A stretch of 64,000 bases of DNA, taken from contig NW_015167529.1 in assembly GCF_001447785.1 (NCBI RefSeq), positions 2,051,129 through 2,115,128 of the forward strand, in the 5' to 3' direction. Shown one piece after another: positions 25,101-34,579 of this stretch. Source of the stretch: Gekko japonicus (lineage: Eukaryota). Within the stretch, counting starts at the first letter, position 1; each line of letters begins with the position of its first letter. The position numbers were made by a program, and so were the translations under genes. Below the pieces are notes generated by a model that did not search any database, was not told the origin of the DNA, and saw nothing but the letters and a program-made list of their open reading frames with translations.

Positions 25101-26492
25101 ATCACATGAGAGCTCATCCCCTGCCACAAATGTTGTTAGTCTTTAAGGAGCTACTGGACTCTTGCTGTTCTCTGCAGCTACAGACAGACTAACGATGCTA
25201 CCCATCTTATATTGATTTAGTGACAGAATTTATACCCTGCCTTTCTGCCCTCATCAGGACCATCAAGGCAGGTAACAGATTAAAAACCTGAGTAATCAAA
25301 GCACTTCTTAAAAACCATGAAAGCCAACCAAAATACACGTACAATATAATAAAATACACATACAAAAATGACTAGTTAAAAGCAGGGCAGGAAGGAGGGA
25401 CCACTGAGGGAAGGTGCATCGCAAGCAGACAAGTATAGATTTCAGACCCTGCTAGCCAAACTGAGGAGAGCAGGTAGCCAGCTGTTACTAGACTAATGTG
25501 CCTATTTAATAGCCAAAAGCTACAGTTCAGGCAGGTTCTGTGAACTGCTGTTATCTGCACATATTTTATTCTTAAACCTGTGTTCCTGGCTACAGAAAGT
25601 AAGTGAGGGGGGCTCTTGTTGGATTGGGGGATAAACAGTTTTCTTCTCACCTGTTACCTCTCCCCAATTATACCACAACATGAGATCCCTGCTCCCTCTT
25701 AAGCCTCTAAACTGAATGGAGCAAGAGCCAGGACCTTTTGCTTGACAGTGTTTCATCACAGCACAGATGCTCATTCAGTTTGGGTTTTTTGCTCCTCCCT
25801 GTCCATGTTGAAGGAGGAAAGTCCATGACTGCTTGGAAATCTTCCTTGGGTATGTGAAAACATCCCTCCTCCTTCGTTGGTGATTGCATTTTGCTGCCTT
25901 AACAGCCCATGGGCTAAAGGGAACAATAGTTCATGAAAGTGCATCTTTCCTTTCCAATTACTGGCTAACTGGATTAACCTGTTATCTTGGCACACTGTAA
26001 GATTTGGAGCACTTCTGTGGTTTAAATTCAAACACAGGCAGCACCCAGAGGCAAATTATTGTTTGCTTTTAGTGGCCCAGAGTTCAGTGCCTTCTAACCT
26101 TAGACCAGTACAGAGAGGGAAGTAACTGGGATAACCTTCCCTTTCTCATACATTATGTCGGGGGTGGGGGGTTGTGTGCATTCTACTGACGTAGACAATC
26201 TAGAGAAGAACATGGCATCAAATAAGTGAACAGTTTATGTTATATATGTTAAGCCTATTTTGTTTATGTGTTTTTTTCTTTTCAGAACGCTATCATTCCC
26301 GGTCCTCCTTTCTTATTTGGAGCATGCTCTGTATTACTGGCTCTGCTTGTTGCCTTGTTTATTCCTGAACACACCAACTTAAATGTTCGTTCCAGTAACT
26401 GGAAGAAGCACTGTGGTGGCCATGGCCATCCACACAGTCCACAGGCCCCTGGGGAGGCCAAAGAACCTTTGTTGCAAGACACAAATGTATGA
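1014..26492 (+). CDS. MFSD14A: MFS transporter MFSD14A (HIAT1), complete, 12 coding exons, 491 aa
   Basis: join(1014..1100,12045..12140,14019..14081,16943..17070,19085..19199,20363..20581,20845..20958,21293..21364,22326..22438,22996..23093,24158..24321,26286..26492) = 1476 nt. All introns are GT-AG with consistent phases. Translation MTQAGKKKKRAANRSILLAKKIIIKDGGTPQGIGSPS...GALSDVWGRKS (MFS motif A)...GEAKEPLLQDTNV* matches recalled vertebrate MFSD14A. Confidence 0.97.
3363..4045. repeat. 199-bp inverted repeat (3363-3561 / 3847-4045)
   Basis: Direct reverse-complement match with about five substitutions by eye. Confidence 0.95.
3562..4113 (+). mobile_element. Penelope-like 3' fragment with a duplicated terminus enclosing an inverted copy of the target DNA
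   Basis: CACACGAAATCTCA...AATAAAAC...GGTCTTAAAGGTGCCACTGGACTCT occurs at 3720-3791 and 4043-4113; degenerate hammerhead core at 3700-3735. Confidence 0.7.
5760..6826 (+). mobile_element. RTE/BovB-like LINE 3' fragment, interrupted by the MITE
   Basis: SEEIRRRLRLGRAAM...IVFPITMYGCEGWTVRKADKKK is an RTE ORF C-terminus; 3' end GTCACCATAAGTCGG...(AC)n. Confidence 0.85.
6159..6663. mobile_element. CpG-rich MITE-like insertion inside an RTE fragment
   Basis: Abrupt GC/CpG-rich block; inverted ends GGTCACACGG (6166-6175) / CCGTGTGACC (6654-6663); the RTE sequence resumes after it. Confidence 0.65.
6836..7067 (+). mobile_element. CR1 LINE 3' end
   Basis: CTAGATGGACCCCTGGTCTGATCCAG...TTCTTATGTTCTTA terminal motif. 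Confidence 0.8.
8392..8814 (-). mobile_element. L2-like LINE 3' fragment running into the gap
   Basis: RVFSALAPTWWNS; homologous to 23590-23830; (TTTA)n tail. Confidence 0.75.
8815..8943. other. assembly gap (129 N)
   Basis: Run of n. Confidence 1.
9234..9439. mobile_element. hAT-type MITE (~205 bp)
   Basis: TIR CAGTGTTCCCTCTAAGCT / AGCTTAGAGGGAACATTG; 8-bp TSD GTTGCCAC. Confidence 0.9.
10490..10942 (+). mobile_element. L2-like LINE 3' end
   Basis: Similar to 57040-57514; ends GGGTGGGCTATAAATAACGTAAATAAAT. Confidence 0.65.
12045..12140 (+). CDS. MFSD14A: MFSD14A exon 2
   Basis: tttag|PQGIGSPSIYHAVIVIFLEFFAWGLLTAPTLV|gtaagt. Confidence 0.95.
12216..13411. repeat. ~100-bp inverted repeat (12216-12316 / 13305-13411)
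   Basis: Reverse-complement match with a few substitutions and one 6-nt indel. Confidence 0.92.
14019..14081 (+). CDS. MFSD14A: MFSD14A exon 3
   Basis: cacag|VLHKTFPKHTFLMNGLIQGVK|gtaaga. Confidence 0.95.
16943..17070 (+). CDS. MFSD14A: MFSD14A exon 4
   Basis: cacag|GLLSFLSAPLIGALSDVWGRKS...KISPW|gttagt. Confidence 0.95.
17660..18012 (+). mobile_element. Sauria SINE, full length
   Basis: tRNA-like head GGAGCTGCGGTGGCTCAAGTGGTTAAG, core GCTCCTGCCAACCTAGCAGTTCGAAAGC, (ACCTTT)n tail, 13-bp TSD TATCCCTTGTAAA (17647-17659 / 18013-18025). Confidence 0.92.
19085..19199 (+). CDS. MFSD14A: MFSD14A exon 5
   Basis: cctag|WYFAVISVSGVFAVTFSVVFAYVADITQEHERSMAYGL|gtatgt. Confidence 0.95.
19318..19667 (+). 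mobile_element. Sauria SINE, full length
   Basis: Near-identical to 17660-18012; TSD TATTCTAAAATT (19306-19317 / 19668-19679). Confidence 0.92.
19895..20224 (+). mobile_element. CR1 LINE 3' fragment
   Basis: YFCTQCV...W, GFKKGVDGFMED; GGACCCCTGGTCTGATCC tail homologous to 6836-7067. Confidence 0.75.
20363..20581 (+). CDS. MFSD14A: MFSD14A exon 6
   Basis: tgtag|VSATFAASLVTSPAIGAYLG...WEQADPFA|gtactg. Confidence 0.95.
20845..20958 (+). CDS. MFSD14A: MFSD14A exon 7
   Basis: cttag|SLKKVGQDSIVLLICITVFLSYLPEAGQYSSFFLYLRQ|gtaagc. Confidence 0.95.
21293..21364 (+). CDS. MFSD14A: MFSD14A exon 8
   Basis: tctag|MMSFSPESVAAFIAVLGILSIVAQ|gtaagg. Confidence 0.95.
22326..22438 (+). CDS. MFSD14A: MFSD14A exon 9
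   Basis: cacag|TIVLSLLMRSIGNKNTILLGLGFQILQLAWYGFGSEPW|gtaagt. Confidence 0.95.
22996..23093 (+). CDS. MFSD14A: MFSD14A exon 10
   Basis: ttcag|MMWAAGAVAAMSSITFPAVSALVSRTADADQQG|gtaggt. Confidence 0.95.
23320..23972 (-). mobile_element. L2-like LINE 3' fragment
   Basis: LRHLHWLPVEYWVRFKVLVLTFKAL...RAFSVLAPTWWNSLP; (TTTA/TTTG)n tail on +. Confidence 0.85.
24158..24321 (+). CDS. MFSD14A: MFSD14A exon 11
   Basis: tctag|VVQGMITGIRGLCNGLGPALYGFIFYIFHVELNE...HHSQQ|gtattg. Confidence 0.95.
24988..25207. mobile_element. Penelope-like inverted pseudo-LTR pair
   Basis: Arms 24988-25072 (-) and 25078-25162 (+) are reverse complements with a 5-nt spacer; GTTAGTCTTTAAGGTGCTACTGGACTC motif; hammerhead-like cores. 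Confidence 0.75.
26286..26492 (+). CDS. MFSD14A: MFSD14A exon 12 (terminal coding part)
   Basis: ttcag|NAIIPGPPFLFGACSVLLALLVALFIPE...EPLLQDTNV TGA. Confidence 0.95.
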   Translation, partial: NAIIPGPPFLFGACSVLLALLVALFIPEHTNLNVRSSNWKKHCGGHGHPHSPQAPGEAKEPLLQDTNV

Positions 26493-27765
26493 CAGCAGCA
26501 CTCCAGGACTCTTAGAGCACATTTCTTATTTCTATTTTTTTTCACCTGCAGTTCTGGATGCACATTCCATTTCCATCAAAAAAGTGACATTTCTTAAGAG
26601 GGTCTTAAGAAATTCTCTTTGCATGAAAATTGTAAGAACCACAACCAGGAAGTGGAAAATCCTCCAAAGAAGTTAAGATTTAAATTATTTGAATCTTTTA
26701 AACTCTACTTAGGACTCTTGCCATAAAGTCCTCAGTAAATATTAAATCTTTACATCTTAATTTTGAAACTATGTATATCTCTATATCTATATATTCAAGG
26801 TATCAGCATGTGTTCCTGCATCAGTTTCCTGAAGGTGTTGAGCTTTATTCTCTTCATGCTGGTCTCAATGAGGCATATAAGCAGGACTTGAGGACCCGTT
26901 TAAAAATAAAATCTTGGGTTAGATGAATTTCAAAGCCTTAATGTAGATGCACTTGACTAAGTGGTGAACGGGGTTGACCTTGGACTTTTGAATCAGTGTC
27001 TGACAGGTTTTGTTTTGAGTTGTTACTAACACAATCATGTGTTAAACACACATCCTGAGCAGTACACACACTTTTAAGTGCATTACTCTAATTCTTTCTG
27101 TTCTTTGAACTAAGTATAGTATCCATTTGTAGTACTTATAAGTGGGTGGTATGAACCTACAAGATTTTGTTACTGGCTCTGAAACTCTTTATCTTCCTAA
27201 CTAGAATTTGATACCACTACACTTAAATGTTTTGCATAAGGACCTCAAAACTTGAATACAAACTCAACTCTTAAGCTGATAGCCTTGAAGATGTCAGTGT
27301 GCTCCATATGGGATTGCCATTTCAATTGTTGGACAGGATCACTGGAAACCAAGATGGTAGAGCTCAGGAAAAGTGGCAGTTGATCTTTTCCCTGATTTCT
27401 GACTCATAACATATGATGGGGGGGGGGAGTTGGCAGATAGTTCTGTCTAGTAACAGCAATGGCAATCCTTGATCTATAGTGGCCTTTCAGGACTGTCACA
27501 AGTAACATGTCACACAGCCAAGGGTTAGTCCTGCAGTTCCAGGACCACAGTATAGGAGAAAGCTTTATACAATTACTGATGTGAATTTCTCTAGAAGTGT
27601 ATATTTTTGTGTCCAGTTGTATTATTTAAATGTTCCTTTGTATAAAATGTGTATAAAGTATTGTACAGTTCAAAATGTTTTCATCTTGTGCTGTGGTTAT
27701 TGTTTAAGCTTTTTTAACTTTCACCATGGTTGAGTAAAAACTGGCCAATATGTAAATACATTGTT

Positions 27766-27771
27766 AATAAA
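27766..27771 (+). terminator. candidate MFSD14A proximal poly(A) signal
   Basis: AATAAA at the end of an AU-rich 3' UTR, T/GT-rich downstream, with a Pumilio-type TGTAAATA at 27751-27758 just upstream. Confidence 0.6.
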
Positions 27772-28072
27772 GTTGAATATTTTAGTGATTTTTCACAATT
27801 ATTTACAACAATGCTGTATAGGAGCATTTTTATAGGTATGCATTTATAGCTTTCTTTGTACTAATTCAGTTTTTACTTGTTCCTGATACTTGTATGTTCC
27901 ACATTTCTAATTGGGTCAAGTAAAAATAGACACTTGTACTAACCAGTACAGTTGGGCGGAATTCCTCATGGTTTAAGGGTTTATATACTATGACATTCTG
28001 AAGCAGAAAATAACAGTTGTATAAGGAATTCTGTTACATATTTACACACATTCATCCACTGTAACAAGTGTT

Positions 28073-28078
28073 AATAAA
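28073..28078 (+). terminator. candidate MFSD14A distal poly(A) signal
   Basis: AATAAA followed by T-rich sequence. Confidence 0.55.
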
Positions 28079-28889
28079 TGTATTGAATAAGTCTTTTATT
28101 TAACTGTCTTTCAGCCATACCTAGTACTCAAGACAGTTCACAATCCAATTCTAGAAATGTTCAATGTCTGAAAGAAATCATTTTCCAACCTTGACCAGCC
28201 TGTTTGTGAGGGACTCTAAACAGCTGTGATCACTTTCAACGGTATTCTTTAGGTAGAGGTGGCAATAGTAAAATCCCTTTATGTTGCAGCCGGTCATGCT
28301 TCAGATAAGGGCTCTGAGAAAGGCCTCTTGTTTAGCTCAAGTGCCAGGTCAGGCAGTAAGAAGGAGATTATCCTTTCACACTTGTATTAGGCTTGGAAAC
28401 TAAATGAAAGCTGGTATAGATATAACTGGCTTACCAAGATCACTGCAATGTGTACTGTCCCCAAAACAGTCCCATATACAGTAGAAGTCTGGATGTCTAT
28501 GACATGGTTACTGTTCCAAGTTTTCCCCCCCCAGGAGCAGGCCAAGCTAGTGAACAAGCCTTATTTTCAGGCAGCTTCTGCCATTTGCTTGTCAAAAGAT
28601 AATGTGGAACCTAGAAGTACCCCCAAGCTGCGTACCTGATTTTTATGTAGAGTGGAACCCACCCCAATCCTAGATTACTTTTTGTCCCTAGCCCCAGAAC
28701 TTTTATTTTTAGATGAAGTTATTAATCTAGTCTTTTGCCAAATCCAGGCATCGTTTTAGCACTGATTTTACTGGGCAACAGATAATATTATCCCATTGAT
28801 CAGTGAAAGATTACTCCAAATTTCCAGCTAAATCTCCCAGTCATTTTATATAGAAGCTAAAACACCCTGGGAATAAAATTTATTCCCCT

Positions 28890-29326
28890 GAGGGAGCTAG
28901 AAGGAATTCTTATGTGTAAGGATGTGTCACTGATGACCAAGATCAAGAAAATTCATGCCATAGTATTCCCCATTGTTTGGGTGTGAAAGTTGGATAATGA
29001 AGAAAGCTGACAGGAAGAAAGTTGATTCATTTGAAATGTGTTGGAGGATAGCTTTAAAGATACCTTGGACTGCCAAAAAGATAAATAAGTGGGTTCTAAA
29101 CCAAACCAAACCTGAACTCTCCTTAGAAGCTAAAATGAGTCTGTTGTATTTTGGTCATGTTCTGAAAAGACAATGCTAGGAAAAGAGGATGACCTAACAT
29201 GAGATGGAGGAACGCAGTTAAGGAAGCCACAGTCTTTTTCAGTTTGGAAGACCTGAACAAGGCTGTATTATAGAGTGAGGTCATTAATTCATAGTTGGAA
29301 GTGACTTGACTGCACATAACACACAA
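28890..29326 (+). mobile_element. RTE/BovB-like LINE 3' fragment
   Basis: GCESWIMKKADRKKVDSFEMCWR..LKIPWTAK; homologous to 5760-6826. Confidence 0.85.
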
Positions 29327-29339
29327 TAGTCCCAAAGTA

Positions 29340-29600
29340 TTGTGTTCATTTCCTCCTGGAAGGTAGGTACCAGAAGCTCTTGAAGTACAGAGCCTCCCAG
29401 ATCCATCCCTGCTAGACAGTCAAGAACATTACCATGATCAATGATATCAAAGGCCAATGAGAGGTCAAGGAGGGCCTGTGTACAGGGACACACACTCCTT
29501 GTTGGTCAACTGGCAGAGAGCATCTTATGAGAAAACGTGATTTCTATGATATAACCCAGCCTGATTGGAAATAATTTAGATATCATTTCATCCAGGGGCA
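29340..29600 (-). mobile_element. L2-like RT fragment
   Basis: LLDLSLAFDIIDH motif. Confidence 0.65.
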
Positions 29601-29785
29601 CCTTGGGTAATTCAGCTACCACATTCACCATTCCCCCGCCCCCTCAAGTGATGTATATTATTCTAGCAACAGTTCAATGTAATACACCCAATACTGTGTA
29701 AATTAAAAACAGTGCTACCCTATGCAGCAAGCAGAGGTACACTCATTCAACCTTACGCTACATTTTTGGTTCCCTGAACTAGAAA

Positions 29786-30003
29786 AACCGGTTGCTTACC
29801 TGTAATTGATGATCTTCGAGTGGTCATCTGTGCAGTACCACACATGGGTTGGGTGCCTGCGCACGACCTTAATCCGAGAATATTCCAGAGCTTGCCTCAG
29901 GATCCTTTTTGGCGGCCTCTCTTCCCGCACTGGGGAGCAGGCACGGACTGCGCATGCCTGGAGTGGGGGAGAGAGCCACCTCCCACTCAGTTCCTTCAAC
30001 CGC
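29786..30003 (-). repeat. DIRS 3' (right) inverted terminal repeat plus 3' extension
   Basis: Inverted copy of 36050-36240 with an extra ~26 bp terminal extension that is mirrored in the ICR. Confidence 0.92.
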
Positions 30004-30072
30004 TATCGGTAAGTCCCATCAACAAAGGTAAGTGATCAGGAGATGACAGCAGTGGGGAAGACTAGGTCGGAT

Positions 30073-30167
30073 TGTGGTACTGCACAGATGACCACTCGAA
30101 GATCATCAGTTACAGGTAAGCAACCTGTTATCTTCGTCGTGGTCTCTGTGCAGTCCCACACATGGGT
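30073..30167 (-). other. DIRS internal complementary region (ICR)
   Basis: 30073-30129 is the reverse complement of ~29786-29841; 30130-30167 is the reverse complement of ~36203-36240. Confidence 0.92.
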
Positions 30168-30299
30168 GATTAACGAGCTGAACCAGATAAAGGAGGGAAC
30201 TGGCAGCTGAAAAACATAAGAAATAGGTTAGGACATAGCATAATTGTTTCAATGTACAGGTCCTACCTGTAGAAGTAGAAGAATCAGTTGAAGAGAGAC

Positions 30300-31300
30300 T
30301 TTAGCACCACTTGGCCAAAAGCAGCATCCCGTTGAGCTCAAATGTCCAGTGCATAGTGGGTCACGAAGGTTGAAGTGGAGGACCACATGGCAGCAGCACA
30401 GACATCTAACGGGACACCAGCCAGGAAAGCAGTTGAAGTCGAGACTGCCCTTGTGGAATTAGCGGTGGCAGAGGTAGGTATGGGTTGGCGCGCTAAGTCA
30501 TAGCAAAGGGCTATGGTTGAGGTCACCCACTTCGATCATCGCTGAGAAGAGATGGCCTCGCCCTTGCATAGGGAGGCATATGCAACAAAAAGCCTTTGAG
30601 ACTTTCTAAAGTGTTCCGTGTGGTGGGGATAAAAGGAGAGAGCTCTCCAGACATCGAGGCAGTGTAAGGTTCTTTGCGGAGCGTCAGCCAGGTTTGGAAA
30701 GAAAGTGGGTAGGACAGAAAACTGAGACAGGTGAAAAACAGAAACCACTTTAGGGAGAAAGGATGGGTCTGGTCTGAGAACAACTTTCTCGTGAAAAATA
30801 GTGTATGGAGGATCTGCACAGAATGCAGCAAGTTCTAGAAACCGGCGAGCCGTCATGACAACAATAAGGAATGCTGTTTTCCAGGACAGAAGCTGAAGGT
30901 CTATCAAAGCCATGGGCTCAAATGGCTTAGACATCAGGTGAGAGGACTAGAGACAGGCTCCAGGATGGCACCATCAGTTTCCGAGGCAGACCAAGGTAGA
31001 GGAGACCCTTGAGAAAGGACTTCATGAGGCGGTTAGAGAACACCGTAGATCCCTGAATTGAAGGGTAATGTGTGGAGATAGCCATAAAATGCACTTTCAG
31101 GGAAGAGTATGCTAGACCAGATTCCTTTAAGGATATGATATAAGATAAAATATGTGACAAGGAGGCATGGGTTGGATCGAAGGAATGGTGTAAGGCATAG
31201 GTTTGAAAGCGCTTCCACTTCAATAGATAAGTGTTGCGGGTGGATGGTTTCCGGGCATTAAGCAACACTTCCCAAACCGCTGGTGGGAAGTCTACTGGGA
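30300..31300 (-). pseudogene. DIRS tyrosine recombinase remnant
   Basis: ARKPSTRNTYLLKWKRF (N-terminal binding domain), WKTAFLIVVMTARRFLEL (catalytic Arg box), FLPKV, HCLDVWRAL, NSTR (HSTR box mutated), W.S..TFVTHY (catalytic Tyr); frameshifted. Confidence 0.9.
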
Positions 31301-31399
31301 GATCTTCCAAGCCGTGAGTTTGAAAAACCCTGGATTGGGGTGGAGGATTTGGCCCCGATCTTGAGAGAGGAGATCCAACACACGAGGGAGGTGAAGAAA

Positions 31400-31720
31400 C
31401 CGTCCTCTGAACAACTGCAGGAGGTGATGGAACCATAGCTGGCATGGCCACCAAGGAGTGATGAGGATGCATGTGGTGGCATCCGCTACAATTTTCTGGA
31501 GAACTCTGGAGATGAGAGAGAATGGAGGGAAAAAACAGAACAGGGTCCCAGTCCAGCTATGGAGAAAGGCACCCCCGAGGGATCTAGCGGACGGGGGACC
31601 TTAAGCAAAAAAAAGAGGGCATCGAGCGTTCTCTGGAGTCACAAAGCCGTCTATAGTTGGGTGACTAAACTCGAGGAAAACACGATGAAGATATCGAGGG
31701 TGGAGAGACCACTCGTTGTC
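31400..31720 (-). pseudogene. DIRS Dam-like DNA N6-adenine methyltransferase domain remnant
   Basis: Manual translation SWTGTLFCFFPPFSLISRVLQKIVADATTCILITPWWP lies between RNase H and YR; it matches the W..(Y/F)xFPP..LI..VL.K....ILI.P.W pattern of DIRS MT domains. Confidence 0.7.
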
Positions 31721-31759
31721 ATGAGGAGCCGAATGACTCAGACGATCGGTGTCGATATT

Positions 31760-32900
31760 CTGAACACTGGGAATGTGTATATCCGATATGGAGATTGAAT
31801 GTCAAAGACACCAATTCCAGAGTTGCACAACAAAGGCGAGCAGAGGTGGTGCCGCCCTGCTTCTTTATGTAGAGGATAGTGGCAATGTTGTCTGAGGCGA
31901 CTTGAACCACCTTGCTGGTCAGCAGAGGAAGGAACAAAATCAAGGCTAGATTAACAGCACGGAGCTCCAAGGCATTGAAATGAAGAGTCCTCTCTCTCTC
32001 CCTCTCTCTCTCCCCCCTCTCTCTCTCTCGCACGGAGTCTAGGTTCCTCTGGCAGAGTCCCGCATTGGGCTCCCCAACCCCAAAGGGAGTCGTCTGTCGA
32101 TAGGCAGATCTCTGGAGGTCAATGTCGAAAAGGCATGCCGGAGAGGAGACTCTGCAGAAGAGACCACCAGGTCAAACTGTTGAGCACCTGTGGCGGAATC
32201 GAAAGGATTGTGGTCCAGTGACTCCCTTGAGGATCAAACTTGTGGATGAACCAGAGCTGGAGCGTGTGCATCCATAATCTGGCATGAGGGACCACAAACA
32301 CTGTGGATGCAAAGGAACCGAGGAGCCTCATAATTGAGCAAGCCAACTGTCGGGAGCAACGCTGAAAAGTCGAGACTAGAGACACGACGTCCTTGGCCCC
32401 CGATTCTGAGAGGAAGGCCATCTCAGTCGTGGTATCAAGACAGGCTCCGAAAAATTGCAAGGTTTGAGCACGTTGAAGGGCAGACTTCATGGGATTGATG
32501 CAGAGTCCCAAAGACCGTAGGAGGGCCAGTGTGGAATGAACGTCCATGAGAAGTTGAGATCGTGTGGAGGCGACAAGAAGCCAGTTGTCAATGTACGGGT
32601 AAAGGGCAATCCCCTTCGGTTGAGATCACAAAGGTCCATGATAGCCTGCAAACCACCATCCCTTTAGGGGACTAGGAAATACTTGGAGTAGAAGCTGAGA
32701 GTTTGTTGCACCTCCAGAATGACCTTGATGGCCCCCTTGTCGAGGAGCGATGGATTCGGGGGCGTGATGACGAAGTGAGGGAGGGTTGGGGGCAAAATGA
32801 ACTCTATGGCATACCCAACCCGTACGATGGTAAGGACCCAAGTGTCAGTAGTAATGTCTTCCCAGGTTGGAAGGAAGAGTCTGGTCCTAACAGGAGAGGT
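31760..32900 (-). pseudogene. DIRS reverse transcriptase / RNase H remnant
   Basis: WEDITTDTWVLTIVRVGYAIEF, LLDKGAI, FYSKYFLVP*RDGG, YPYIDNWL (YxDD changed to YIDN at 32584-32595), LRSLGLCINPMKS, FFGACLDT; RNase H TDDSLWGWGA, NALELRAV, SDNIAT..YIKKQGGT. Confidence 0.9.
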
Positions 32901-33269
32901 GAAAGAAAGTGGTGGTGGCAGGCAATCCAGGTGGTTAAATGGACTGCTTGGGTTGTTAGGACTTCTTGGACGCTTGGGACCTTGGCTTTTGAGGAGGTGA
33001 ACAAGCATCATAGGGTCATCGCCTCCATTGTGTGGCGGCAGCAGGAGAAAGCTGACGTATATTATAGTAGGGTTTCCATTGTCGGTATCGAGAGCATGGC
33101 GTGGAAGTAGAGACTCCTAAATTCCTAGCGTTCTTTCTACTATCATCGACAGCCTTCAGAGTCTCATCTGTGGTGGAGTGAAAGAGACCCTCACCATCAA
33201 AGGGCAAGTCTTCGATCTTAACCTTGACATCGGTTTGAAGAGATGTATTTCTAAGCCAGGCATGGTGCT

Positions 33270-33608
33270 CAAGTGGTTAAGACGCTGAACTGCAGGCTGT
33301 GGAAGGTCAGTAGTTCAGCGGTTCAAGACCCGGGTGCCGCAAGACAGGGTGAGCTCCTGTCTCTAGTTCCAGCTCCTGCCAACCTAGCAGTTCGAAAGCA
33401 AGAAATTGCAAGTAGATAAATAGGTACCACTTCAGTGGGAAGGTAACAGCGTTCCGTGCGCCTTGGTGTTTAGTCATGCCGGCCACATGACCACGGAAAC
33501 GTCTTCGGACAGCGCTGGCTCTTCGGCTTTGTACCGGAGATGAGCACCGCAACCCTAGAGTCGGATTCGACTGGCTTTCGAGCAAGGGAACCTTTACCTT
33601 TACCTTTT
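33270..33608 (+). mobile_element. Sauria SINE, slightly 5'-truncated, nested in DIRS gag
   Basis: Same family as the two copies above; TSD ATGGTGCT (33262-33269 / 33609-33616). Confidence 0.92.
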
Positions 33609-34375
33609 ATGGTGCTGAAGAGCAATGGAAGATGTAAGGACCTTGGAGGAACAAGTAACGGCATGCCATACCGAGTTGATTTGTTGTTTTGAAATCGAGC
33701 AAGTCTCAGAAAGAGCAACAGATAGAGTGGGCCTATACTCATCTGGGACGGAATCAAGAACTGGATGAACAGCTGTAGCCACATTGAAAGTGTAAGCGAA
33801 AAGGTAATGTTCATGGCAGCCATGAAGTAGATTTTCTTCGCATTGGAATCAATCTTACGGCCCTCACGATCAGGAGGAATGGATTGTCTCGTCTGTTTAG
33901 ACTTTGAGGAGGAATGAATTATCATGGAATTCGGTGAAGGATGACTAAAAAGGAATTTCCCTGAGGACTCTTGGATTTTATAAATGGTGTCGTATCACTT
34001 TGATATTGGAGGTACGGAAGTGGGATGGTCCCATGGCTCTTTGAGCATTGAAAGGTGTACAGGCAGCAAAGATAGAATTGTCGACGATGGCAAGTCTGCC
34101 TGGACCAGCTTATGGACGACATTGGTTACTTCGGGGGTATCGGTAGAACCCTGCACTTGGAGTGCTGTGGCCATCCTAGTGACAAGCTCCAAATAAGTCT
34201 TGGGCCCTTCAGTTGGTGAAAGGAAACCAGAATGGCGACCGTCGTCCTCAACAAGAATCACATCAGGTTCAAGATCACCCGAAACGGAGAGGTCAGACAC
34301 CGAGTTCGGAGTTGAGTGATTGAATATGAGACACATCCAGAGTTGTCTGGGTATCAGTGGGCAGATGGTACTGAG

Positions 34376-34579
34376 CAGTGTTCCCTCTAAGCTGAGTTAG
34401 TGTGAGCTAGCTCACAGTTTTTTAGCCTCTGGCTGACATTTTTGTCTGAGCTCAGGAAGGATGGCCCCACAGCAATCTGATTTATGCAGCAGCCAAATGG
34501 CTCGCTCACAACTTCAATGCCAGCAGCTCACAAAGTAGACTTTTTGCTCACAGGACTCCACAGCTTAGAGGGAGCCTTG
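34376..34579. mobile_element. hAT-type MITE, second copy, nested in DIRS gag
   Basis: Homologous to 9234-9439; 8-bp TSD GTACTGAG (34368-34375 / 34580-34587). Confidence 0.9.

Noticed and set aside
17675-33585. Three similar ~100-aa ORFs (MLESQSNPTLG...) suggesting a small gene family
   Set aside because: Antisense translations of Sauria SINE copies.
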